From assembly GCA_965216785.1 (NCBI GenBank), contig OZ244197.1:1-64000 (forward strand): 64,000 bases of DNA. The letters are read 5' to 3'. Below the pieces are notes generated by a model, which was given only the letters and a program-made list of their open reading frames with translations, ran no database searches and was not told the origin of the DNA. The position numbers and the translations under genes are program-made. Shown here in pieces: positions 33,028 through 42,209 of the stretch (position 1 is the first letter of the stretch; each line of letters opens with the position of its first letter). Source of the DNA: Thermodesulfobacteriota bacterium. Its GTDB lineage: Bacteria > Desulfobacterota_D > UBA1144 > Nemesobacterales > UBA2774.

Positions 33028-33834
33028 ATGTTTGATTTAGAAAAAGATAGATCACTAAGAGACCTTATCGAAACACAAAACAATAATGTTATAGACAAAT
33101 GGGAAGGATATTTCAGTGTTTATGACGATGAAACAGAATACTTAAGAAACAAACCAATAAATCTATTGGAAATTGGTGTTCAAAATGGCGGCTCATTAGA
33201 GGTATGGTGTAAATATTTCAGCAAAGCTAAGAATGTAATTGGAGTTGATATTGATCCCAACTGCAGTGGTATCTCATTTGATGATAAGAGAATAAAGGTA
33301 ATTATCGGCGACAGCAATTCCACATCACTAAAAGATGAATTACAAAATGTATGTCCTTATTTCGACGTAATTATAGATGATGGATCTCACAAATCCTACG
33401 ATATAATTAAGACGTTCACAGATCTTATACCGTTATTGAATTCTAATGGGGTATATATAATCGAAGACCTTCATTGTAGTTACTGGCAAAATTTCCAAGG
33501 CGGAGTTGAAAGACCGGACTCATCATTAAGCTTTTTTAAAAAAATAGTGGACGTAATTAACATTGAACACTGGCGGAATGGAAAAGATCTTAACTGGTTA
33601 TTTAGAGATGTGGGTCTTGTAAATATCAACAGTGAATCCATCGAAGCGTTAAGCAGAATAAAAAGCATCTCATTCTATAATTCAATGTGCATTGTTAAAA
33701 TGTCAGACGGTAAATATCAAACAATCGGTAAGAGATATGTAAGGGGAAGCGTCGGGACAATAGAAAAGAACGAATCTGATGGCACAGATATATCAGACGT
33801 AGATGAGCAGCAAGACTTAAACCCGTATAGTTAA
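33028..33834 (+). CDS. class I SAM-dependent (sugar O-)methyltransferase
   Basis: DKW..YF.VY, LLEIGVQNGGSL..W, GVDI, FDVIIDDGSH, G.YIIEDL.CSYW. Confidence 0.85.
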   Translation: MFDLEKDRSLRDLIETQNNNVIDKWEGYFSVYDDETEYLRNKPINLLEIGVQNGGSLEVWCKYFSKAKNVIGVDIDPNCSGISFDDKRIKVIIGDSNSTSLKDELQNVCPYFDVIIDDGSHKSYDIIKTFTDLIPLLNSNGVYIIEDLHCSYWQNFQGGVERPDSSLSFFKKIVDVINIEHWRNGKDLNWLFRDVGLVNINSESIEALSRIKSISFYNSMCIVKMSDGKYQTIGKRYVRGSVGTIEKNESDGTDISDVDEQQDLNPYS

Positions 33835-33849
33835 TGTAAAAGCATTATA

Positions 33850-36800
33850 TCACTTTCTGTGATTTATTAAATCTGCATACCTGGAATTAAACAGTCTTAA
33901 TGCTTTTTGATATAACTCAAAATCTAAAGAATTCAACTCTGTAATCAAATTCATTAAATTAAGATCCAGATTTTGTACTTTCTCTATGTAGTTCTTCCCT
34001 ACATTCCGGACTAGGTATGGAATATCGAGCCCGAAATTAGCATTGAGTAAATGTAGCGATTTCTTATACTGCTCTGTTATACCGATAAAACCTATGTCTT
34101 CAGGTATAAGACCATTAATAAATTCAAACTGTCTATTTTGAAATTTTTCCGTATGCACAAACTCCAACAAAGTCCCCTTATATCCGTGATGATTTACAAA
34201 ATGATTATAGTCAGACAATACTCGTTGGACAGGCTCTCTGAAAAATACGATACAACGTTCTGGATTAACTATGCCCCGGTACCTTATAATCGGATAATGA
34301 CCTATTATAAAAATTTTGCCCTCTGAGACAAGCCTATTCCTCAGAGATTTCAGGTCATTGCTTTCGTACACAAATTGTCTTATGCAGGGCGATGTCAGGG
34401 ATTCATCTATTCCATAGTCATACGCTATATATTCCTCACCATAAGTTTCTTCTATGCCATTCCTTAAGCTTGTACCCGCGGTTTTTGGAATATGTACGAA
34501 AAAGATTGGATCTTTAAAGCTAATATCGAAAGTGTCTTCTCTTCTAGCGCCGGGTTGAAATGTTTTTAAAGTATTAACGGACGTTGCAGAATTGTCATTT
34601 ATATATTCAGAAACTGCAGATTCCAGCCATGGTTTATATACTTTTGTAGATTGCGCAATCTCAAACGATGAAGAATATAGAGAAAGATTGGGATTATAAA
34701 ATGGATCATTATCCAATGTATATCCCCATTTTGTTCTCATATAAGATATTTCTTTCTTAAATCTGTTTAGTTTCTCTGGCTCAGAATCATATCCTCGAGA
34801 CTTGCTTTCTAAATGGTAAAGCTCTGCATGAGGTGTCCATATAATCTTGTAACCGGCCTGCCGAATACGGATACAGAAATCCACATCATTAAATGCCACT
34901 GCCAGGTCTTTTTCATTTAGCCCTCCGATTTCATCAAACACTTCTCGTCTTACTGCCATACAGGCAGCAGTTACACAAGACAAACTATGAGTTAACATGA
35001 GCCTACAGAAATACCCAGGAAACTCTCGATCAGCATAGCGGTGTACATGGCTAGCAACACCTTCGATACCCAGAATAACTCCACCATGCTGTAGTGTATT
35101 ATCGGAATAGTAGAGTTTGGCACCGACAGCGCCGACCTCGGCCCGAATTACATGGCTTACCATTTCGTCAAGCCAGCCTGGATTTATGATCTTGGTATCA
35201 TTATTCAACAAAACACATACTTCTCCAGACGAACCGGCAATTCCATTGTTGACAAGTCGTGAAAAATTAAATGGACCTGGATCTTTTACTACCCTAACAT
35301 TATTGTTTGATTGGACATTCTCAAGAAACTCGAGAGCATCCTGCTCACTACTCCCGTTATCAACAATAATTATTTCAATTGGCTCATAATCAGTGCGGTT
35401 AAAAAGCCCGTCAATACAGGTCATGAGAAGCCCACTCTGATCTTTTGTAGGAATAATTACTGAAACGTGAGGACACTTTAAAGGTAATTCACGTTTTATG
35501 GATTGAAAACTTGAGTGGCCTTCGGAATTGGCTCTAGCACTCTGATTTGTCCGTTCGAAGTGTTCGTTTACTAACCTCTGTGCGGCATCGCGCGCTAGTT
35601 CTGATGAGCTGTTTGAAAAAGACGCATCAATTTCTCTCCAGTGATAAAGAATAAAAGGAATATGATATATCTCTGATTCCCTTATTATTTCCACTACCCT
35701 GAGAGCAAAATCCCAGTCCTGAGACCCCTCGAATCCTTCGCGGAATCCTCTCACTTTTTGGGCTAGGTCAGCTCTGTAAGCACCGAGATGACTGATCAAA
35801 TTCTGACCCAGGAAAAGATCATAGTCCCAGTCGGGTTTAAAATAAGGGGCAGAGCGCCTCCCTTCTGAATCTATCCGGTCTTCATCAGAATAAATTATTG
35901 CCGCATTAGGATTTTCATTTATTACATCTGTGACCAGATATAGTGCGTGCTCGGATAGTAAATCATCATGATCCAGAAGAACAATCCAGTCTCCGCTTGC
36001 CATTTCAAGAGCTGTGTTTGTACAGGCTGAAATGCCCCCGTTTTCCTGACGAAATGAGGGTCTTATTCGGGAGTCTTTCTCCTCATATTCCCTTAGAATA
36101 TTGTGTACTTCCATCGAGGTCGAGGAATCATCAACTATGCAAAGCTCCCAGTTTTCATATAGTTGTCCTAAAACAGAATCGATGGCTTGTCTTAGATACT
36201 CGCCTTTCGTATTATATACAGGCATAAGTACCGAGAACTTTGGATTGCTATCAAAAGACTTGATATGATTCCGTATCAGAGAGCGGTCTTTATCACTTAA
36301 GGTGTCATTTCCCTGTATCCATTTATAGTAATCGATATTATTTGAAGCATTCTTTTTGTTGAAGTATCTGGAGGTTCGTGGAATCTCATGCGGGAGCCGC
36401 TTTCCCCTCAGGTACCAGTATAACCTACCGGAGAATGTCTCTATTCCTTCATTTTTAAGCAGCTCTATCCCCAGCCCGGCATCTTCATACAAAAACGCTA
36501 CCTTGTTTTTGAGTAAAACGAACAGGTCAGCAATGCCCCTTAAAGGATGTGTAATCCGCCATGACCAAGTTACAAGTATGTTGGCTATTGTTTCCTGCTG
36601 TTCTCGAACCTGTTTTGATAATTCTAGATTCTTCCTATCTGATTCACTCAGCTTTGACTTTAGGCTATAAATTTTACTCTTATAGATTTCTTTTTCTTGT
36701 TGCAATATCTTGAAGCGTTCATCTGAGGACAAAAGCACCTCTTGCTCACCACTTAGTTCTTCAAGACGCTTTAGCAAGAGGTTTGTCTTTGCGAATGGAT

Positions 36801-37920
36801 TCGATGTCGAAGAAGAACAAGATGGGCGATGCTGCCTACAGATATCCGCTATGTAGTCCCAGTGCTTTTCAAGCTTGCCCTGTGCTGCTTTCGTAAATGA
36901 ACAAATACGAGGTGTTCCTGATTGTACCGCCCGCGCAAACTTTGCAATCGCACCTGAGTCCTGCGGCGAGGCATAGTAAACATTGTCTGATGCTTGCAAC
37001 AGTGTGTATTTGCCACCTTTGGCTTCGGCAGGCCGGAGCACAGGCAAGCCATATGCTAGCGCCGAAATCGAGAGATGCAGGCTCTGGGCAATGACACCGG
37101 CGCTATGCGCTACGAGCCCGGCAATTTCAATGGGTGATGGCCACTCCGGCAGATGCTTCGCCTTTGGGAGGACTTTTAGAAAAGGCGAGACATCGTCACC
37201 GAGAGCGGGTCCGATCGGCAGCACGAGGACATCGAGATCGGAAGGCACATCAGGATGGTAGAGTAGAGCTTCTATAATTGCTACCATTGATGGGTACGCC
37301 TGAACAACGATGTATCTATCTCTTAATTTAAGACGAGAGAGAAGGTTCTTCACCCGACTGCGTAAATCCTTTCGGGGAAAGTGGCGCGAGATTGCAAAGA
37401 CGGTATCAGGAACAACACTGCACGTGCCGTCGAAACCGGCCCTGCGGAGCGCATCGACACTAGAACGATCTCGTAGAGCAACATAGTCGCTATTTTCGAG
37501 TACTAAAGGTAGGAGTTTTTCAGACCATTCTGGAAATGCATCCGACGCACTTGGCGCATTCCAAATTACCGGCAGACCTGAACCAATACCTGCAAGAGCC
37601 GGTGCGAGCCAGTATCCTGTTGGATGAGGAATCTCCGGGATCGGCGGTGCGTAGCCAGGTGCCACAGCTTTATCAAAGCGGATGAGGTGGCCCCCTCCGA
37701 TCAGGATACAATCAAGCCTCTGTTGACCAGGCGGCTCCGTGTTCAAACTGGTGAGACTCTTAACGTCATAACACCATGACGGAGACCTCTTTTCATGATA
37801 TGAATATCGAACAAGTTCAAAATCTTCGAGCCGTTCATTAAGCTCCCGCTCCGCGATCATTGGAAACAGCAGATCGCCGTAATTCTCGACATCAAAAGTT
37901 CCGAAGATACCAATGCGCAT
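33850..37920 (-). CDS. multidomain glycan enzyme: polysaccharide pyruvyltransferase + coiled coil + GT2 + GT2 + sulfotransferase
   Basis: NYGD.L/GGG/LRD..S/PD..F/SLH (aa ~1-360); heptad helix and SWRITHPLR (~378-461); SVLMPVYN..LDHDD (from ~559); SVIIPTKD..LLNND (from ~816); FVHIPKTAGTS and FREPV.R.LS (from ~1137). Confidence 0.85.
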   Translation of the reverse strand: MRIGIFGTFDVENYGDLLFPMIAERELNERLEDFELVRYSYHEKRSPSWCYDVKSLTSLNTEPPGQQRLDCILIGGGHLIRFDKAVAPGYAPPIPEIPHPTGYWLAPALAGIGSGLPVIWNAPSASDAFPEWSEKLLPLVLENSDYVALRDRSSVDALRRAGFDGTCSVVPDTVFAISRHFPRKDLRSRVKNLLSRLKLRDRYIVVQAYPSMVAIIEALLYHPDVPSDLDVLVLPIGPALGDDVSPFLKVLPKAKHLPEWPSPIEIAGLVAHSAGVIAQSLHLSISALAYGLPVLRPAEAKGGKYTLLQASDNVYYASPQDSGAIAKFARAVQSGTPRICSFTKAAQGKLEKHWDYIADICRQHRPSCSSSTSNPFAKTNLLLKRLEELSGEQEVLLSSDERFKILQQEKEIYKSKIYSLKSKLSESDRKNLELSKQVREQQETIANILVTWSWRITHPLRGIADLFVLLKNKVAFLYEDAGLGIELLKNEGIETFSGRLYWYLRGKRLPHEIPRTSRYFNKKNASNNIDYYKWIQGNDTLSDKDRSLIRNHIKSFDSNPKFSVLMPVYNTKGEYLRQAIDSVLGQLYENWELCIVDDSSTSMEVHNILREYEEKDSRIRPSFRQENGGISACTNTALEMASGDWIVLLDHDDLLSEHALYLVTDVINENPNAAIIYSDEDRIDSEGRRSAPYFKPDWDYDLFLGQNLISHLGAYRADLAQKVRGFREGFEGSQDWDFALRVVEIIRESEIYHIPFILYHWREIDASFSNSSSELARDAAQRLVNEHFERTNQSARANSEGHSSFQSIKRELPLKCPHVSVIIPTKDQSGLLMTCIDGLFNRTDYEPIEIIIVDNGSSEQDALEFLENVQSNNNVRVVKDPGPFNFSRLVNNGIAGSSGEVCVLLNNDTKIINPGWLDEMVSHVIRAEVGAVGAKLYYSDNTLQHGGVILGIEGVASHVHRYADREFPGYFCRLMLTHSLSCVTAACMAVRREVFDEIGGLNEKDLAVAFNDVDFCIRIRQAGYKIIWTPHAELYHLESKSRGYDSEPEKLNRFKKEISYMRTKWGYTLDNDPFYNPNLSLYSSSFEIAQSTKVYKPWLESAVSEYINDNSATSVNTLKTFQPGARREDTFDISFKDPIFFVHIPKTAGTSLRNGIEETYGEEYIAYDYGIDESLTSPCIRQFVYESNDLKSLRNRLVSEGKIFIIGHYPIIRYRGIVNPERCIVFFREPVQRVLSDYNHFVNHHGYKGTLLEFVHTEKFQNRQFEFINGLIPEDIGFIGITEQYKKSLHLLNANFGLDIPYLVRNVGKNYIEKVQNLDLNLMNLITELNSLDFELYQKALRLFNSRYADLINHRK

Positions 37921-38103
37921 ATGTGTCTCACAAAGTTACTTCAGAGGAATTTGTAAAAATTTGAGTTTTAAATTCATGCTTCTCTTATTTTTATCCTTTT
38001 GCACTAAATTAGTCTGTCTGTTTTAAAAAAGAAATACAATACTCATTATTTCCTGAACATTACGAACAAAACGGTTCGGAAACTATTTCCCCCTCATAAT
38101 GAG

Positions 38104-38186
38104 TACAGAATGCAGTTTAAACTCAGCCTCGGTGTTGTACCCATAATCTGTTATTAGTGACCTGCAGAAAAATCAAGTATAATGAA
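38104..38186 (+). pseudogene. decayed duplicate of the 3' end of the GT2 gene (32790-32873)
   Basis: hand alignment about 62/84 nt identical; internal TAG and a 1-nt deletion. Confidence 0.75.
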
Positions 38187-38221
38187 TTCGCATTCTCACC
38201 CCTAACAGGCACATATTATCA

Positions 38222-38995
38222 ATGATTAAAAGAGTAATACCCTATAAAGACCTCTTCATAGTCTACGTATGGAGAGAATATAATATAAGATACCGCCATT
38301 CCATCATGGGATTCCTGTGGGCTATTATTCAGCCCTTGAGCATGATGCTTCTCTTTACATTCGTTTTCACATACATATTGAAGATACAGACATCGGACTA
38401 CCCGATAGCAATATTCTTTTACGCGGGACTCTTGCCTTGGACCTTTTTTTCTTCTTCAGTGAATTATTCTGTTTCAAGCCTTTCTGACAACTTTGATATA
38501 ATTACAAAGATTTATTTCCCCAGGGAAATACTTCCACTCTCTGGAATATCCGTGGCTTTTGTCGATTACCTCATAGCCTCGCTCATATTTATACCTATGC
38601 TTGTAATATATAAAATCCAAATCACATTAAATGTGCTCTGGATCATCCCTCTTTTCATTCTCCTATTTATATTTACAATATCGATGTCTCTTTTGCTATC
38701 GAGCTTAAATGTGTATTACAGAGACGTAAAACTTGCAATTGGGTTTTTGATACAACTTTTATTCTTTGCTTCTCCGATTCTTTATTCAATTGATGACCTG
38801 AGCATCAAGCTTAAATTGATACTATTGCTCAACCCTCTTACATTTATTATTGAAAATATGAGAAGATGCTTGATTGAGGGGCGAGGAGTGGTGTTGTGGC
38901 AGTTTTTAATAGCTGCATTATTGGTATTAGCATTCTTTTATCTAGCACATAAATTTTTCATAAAAACAGAAAGGGATTTTGCAGATGTCATCTAA
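38222..38995 (+). CDS. wzm: ABC-2 polysaccharide exporter permease
   Basis: RYR.S.MG..WA..QPL, GLLPW.FF, KIYFPRE, .YRD, F.SPI.Y, NPL..II...R. Confidence 0.92.
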   Translation: MIKRVIPYKDLFIVYVWREYNIRYRHSIMGFLWAIIQPLSMMLLFTFVFTYILKIQTSDYPIAIFFYAGLLPWTFFSSSVNYSVSSLSDNFDIITKIYFPREILPLSGISVAFVDYLIASLIFIPMLVIYKIQITLNVLWIIPLFILLFIFTISMSLLLSSLNVYYRDVKLAIGFLIQLLFFASPILYSIDDLSIKLKLILLLNPLTFIIENMRRCLIEGRGVVLWQFLIAALLVLAFFYLAHKFFIKTERDFADVI

Positions 38996-39716
38996 CACAG
39001 TCATAGAGTTTCAAGACGTGTGGAAGAAATACTCCACACAGGACATTTTCCATAAATCCATAAGGGATGAGATCGCCAATATATTTTCCAAGACCGACAG
39101 AGAAAACCTCGGGCACGGAGAGTTTTGGGCTTTAAAGGGGATTAGTATGTCGATAAAAAGGGGTGAGTGCATAGGATTATACGGACCCAATGGTTCTGGA
39201 AAATCTACGATTTTAAAACTGATAGCATCAGTCACTTTTCCAAACAGAGGAGAGGTTAAAGTGGGAGGCAGAATAGCCCCGTTAATATCTGTAGGTGCTG
39301 GCTTTCATCCTGATCTTACAGGAAGAGAGAATATTTACACCAATGGAACTATAATTGGAATGACTATCAAAGAAGTAAGAGATAAAATAGAGGATATCGT
39401 TCAATTCTCGGATATCGATGAGAAGTTTATTGATATGCCAGTTAAGAAATATTCAACCGGTATGAATGCGCGGCTTGGCTTTTCTATTGCAATTCACAGT
39501 AGTGCGGAGATAATATTAATCGACGAAATACTCGCTGTTGGAGATGAAGCTTTTCAGAAAAAATGTCTAACTAAGATCGAAGAGCTAATTGAGAAAAAAA
39601 GAACCATAATTATCGTGTCTCATAATAAAGACAGGCTCCGAGAATTGACTCACAGAATATTATTTATTCAAACAGGTGAAATAATTGATTCAGAATACCA
39701 AGAAAAGGTACTATAA
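38985..39716 (+). CDS. wzt: ABC polysaccharide exporter ATPase, without C-terminal carbohydrate-binding domain
   Basis: FWAL..IS, G.NGSGKST, GFHPDLTGREN, KKYSTGM.ARL, IDE.LAVGD..FQ.KC, VSH. Confidence 0.92.
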   Translation: MSSNTVIEFQDVWKKYSTQDIFHKSIRDEIANIFSKTDRENLGHGEFWALKGISMSIKRGECIGLYGPNGSGKSTILKLIASVTFPNRGEVKVGGRIAPLISVGAGFHPDLTGRENIYTNGTIIGMTIKEVRDKIEDIVQFSDIDEKFIDMPVKKYSTGMNARLGFSIAIHSSAEIILIDEILAVGDEAFQKKCLTKIEELIEKKRTIIIVSHNKDRLRELTHRILFIQTGEIIDSEYQEKVL

Positions 39717-39745
39717 TTTATGTCATCACATTATTCAAAGAGGAT

Positions 39746-41173
39746 ATGATGGGATATAACCCAAAAGTAGCAATCGTAATAGTTACATGGAACAAAAAGA
39801 AGTATGTAGTAGATCTACTGAACTCACTAAAAGACATTAACTATAAAAACTATGAAATATTTGTAGTAGATAATGCGTCTACAGACGATACTTGCAAAGT
39901 AATAAAAGAAAAGTATCCATATGTGGATTTAATAGAGAATGAGGAAAATCTTGGGGGAACCGGCGGATTTAACACTGGGATGAAGTACGTTCTTGAGAAG
40001 GGCGGCTATAAGTATATATGGCTCTTGGATAACGATGCAGTGGTAGAGAAAGATACACTAATCGAGCTTGTTAAAGTTATGGAAAACGACAACGGCGTAG
40101 GTATTACAGGTTCTATAATAATGGAACCTGACAAGGAAATGATAGTTGAGCTCGGAGCATATGTATCATGGTCTATTGGAACATGGAAGCCAAATATGCG
40201 GAATAACAGAATAAGCAAAATGGAGCATCTCGAGAATGCAGAGGTCGATTATGTAGCTGCGTGCTCGTCTCTAGTACGTACTGAAGTTCTTGAAGAAATC
40301 GGAGTAATGGATGAAAGATATTTTATACATTGGGATGATATTGACCTCTCTCTGAGAGCCAAGGCTGCCGGTTATAAGGTAATGGCATCACCAAAGTCTA
40401 AAGCTTATCACGGGATCGAGGACAAACCCATTAACCCTCTAATGTCATATTATGACATTAGAAACGGGCTACTTACAATCACAAAACATCAAGACGGTTT
40501 AAGCAGGTTTATATATATAATGAACATGCTGAGGGGAACGAGTAAGGGTATCGTATACTCTATGTTAAGCGGACTTCACAATACTTCTAAGCTCCTGATT
40601 CGTGGGCCTATAGATTTCATAAGGGGCAAATTTTATAAAACTAATATTCAGGTGATCAAAAGTGAATATGATGACCCGAAAGTTAGAAAATATAAAATAG
40701 AAGATTTACCGCTCAATAATAATTCTAAAGTGATAATTCAACCTAATGCAAGCTACGCAGTCATTAAAAATATGGTACAAGAACTAAGAGAACTATATCC
40801 CGACTGCCATATTAGCTTACTGATACAGCAAGACAGACAAGAGCTTTTTAAAGGCCTTAAGATTGACCGTTTTATTACTTTTGAAGGATACAGACAATCA
40901 ACTATACAAACTATTTCGGTACTCAACAAGATACTACAATCGAATTATGATATTTGCATCAGCCCAAGCCGTTCACTTCTTCCGTTCTCACATGCTGTAA
41001 AAAAATACTTCTTGTATGATCATCAAAATGACTATTTTGTAAAGAGTAATGAAAATTTATTTGCATCCTGGAAGCTCTTCGTATCATTCTTTGCGGGGGA
41101 GTTACTAGCATTTATTCTTTTACCCTTCGTATATCTTAAGAGCTTTCAATATGAGACAGTAAAGAGCTCTTAA
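39746..41173 (+). CDS. glycosyltransferase family 2 with extra C-terminal domain
   Basis: VVDNASTD, NLGGTGGFN.G, WLLDNDA, MDERYF..WDD.D...R. Confidence 0.87.
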   Translation: MMGYNPKVAIVIVTWNKKKYVVDLLNSLKDINYKNYEIFVVDNASTDDTCKVIKEKYPYVDLIENEENLGGTGGFNTGMKYVLEKGGYKYIWLLDNDAVVEKDTLIELVKVMENDNGVGITGSIIMEPDKEMIVELGAYVSWSIGTWKPNMRNNRISKMEHLENAEVDYVAACSSLVRTEVLEEIGVMDERYFIHWDDIDLSLRAKAAGYKVMASPKSKAYHGIEDKPINPLMSYYDIRNGLLTITKHQDGLSRFIYIMNMLRGTSKGIVYSMLSGLHNTSKLLIRGPIDFIRGKFYKTNIQVIKSEYDDPKVRKYKIEDLPLNNNSKVIIQPNASYAVIKNMVQELRELYPDCHISLLIQQDRQELFKGLKIDRFITFEGYRQSTIQTISVLNKILQSNYDICISPSRSLLPFSHAVKKYFLYDHQNDYFVKSNENLFASWKLFVSFFAGELLAFILLPFVYLKSFQYETVKSS

Positions 41174-41227
41174 CTTACATCCACAAAATTATTTGAGAGA
41201 AACAAATTGATTTAGAGATAACAGGCT

Positions 41228-42139
41228 ATGTACTCTAAATTACCAAACTTTTTCATAGTAGGTGCTGCAAAATCAGGCACAACATCAATTTTTGCATATC
41301 TGTCTCAACACCCAGAAATTTTTTTTAGCCCTCTTAAAGAGCCTAAGTTCTTTTCTGTCTCAGCAAACACATTTCCTCATAAAGGACCTGGTGATAGTGA
41401 AGTTGACAATACTATAATTAAAGATAAGCACGATTACCTTAATCTGTTTAAAGGTGCTAAAGATGAAAAAGTCATTGGGGAAGCTTCAGCTGATTATTTA
41501 TATTTCTATAAGATTGCAGCACCTTTGATATACGAATGCAACCCTAATGCAAAGATACTTATAATTCTGAGAAACCCGGCTGAAAGAGCCTTTTCCGCTT
41601 ATCGACACATGCTGAAAGACAAAAGAGAAAGCCTCTCATTTGAAAACGCCATTGAAGCTGAAGAAAGTAGGATGGACAATAATTATGAGTTCATATGGTT
41701 TTACAAAGACGTTGGTCATTACTATCACCAAGTCCTGGAATATTTAAAGACTTTCAATAAAGGTTCAGTAAAAATTTGCCTTTTCGAGGATTTAACAAAG
41801 AATTCAAGCGAAGTTACAAGGGAAATTTTAAAGTTCCTTGAAGTTGATGAGTGCTTCTCACCGGATATAAGCGAAAAACATAATGTATCGGAGATAAAAC
41901 TTAACGAGTCGTTAGACCAATTCCTAAGCAGGTATAATCATCCTGTTAAAAATTTGCTTCGCCCCTTATTCCTCAACACTTTAGGTAAAGATAATACAGA
42001 AAGATTAGTGAATTATTTCAAAGGTAAGAATGTTCTTAGAATGAGATCAAAAACGAGGAAATCCCTGATTAATTTATACAGGGATGATATTATAAAACTC
42101 CAAGATTTAATAAAGCGTGATCTATCGTCTTGGCTTTAA
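41228..42139 (+). CDS. PAPS-dependent sulfotransferase
   Basis: PNFFIVGAAKSGTTS (5'-PSB), QHPEI, KEP.FF, GEAS..Y, LRNP.ERAFS.Y (3'-PB). Confidence 0.92.
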   Translation: MYSKLPNFFIVGAAKSGTTSIFAYLSQHPEIFFSPLKEPKFFSVSANTFPHKGPGDSEVDNTIIKDKHDYLNLFKGAKDEKVIGEASADYLYFYKIAAPLIYECNPNAKILIILRNPAERAFSAYRHMLKDKRESLSFENAIEAEESRMDNNYEFIWFYKDVGHYYHQVLEYLKTFNKGSVKICLFEDLTKNSSEVTREILKFLEVDECFSPDISEKHNVSEIKLNESLDQFLSRYNHPVKNLLRPLFLNTLGKDNTERLVNYFKGKNVLRMRSKTRKSLINLYRDDIIKLQDLIKRDLSSWL

Positions 42140-42209
42140 TTACTAGCATAATAACTTAGTAATGAAGGCTCTGAAATACAATTCCAGTTCTTGACCTCAC
42201 GTACGAATT

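Noticed and set aside
32874-38103. Prophage, integron or IS as origin of the cassette
   Set aside because: No integrase, transposase, attC or terminal inverted repeats seen
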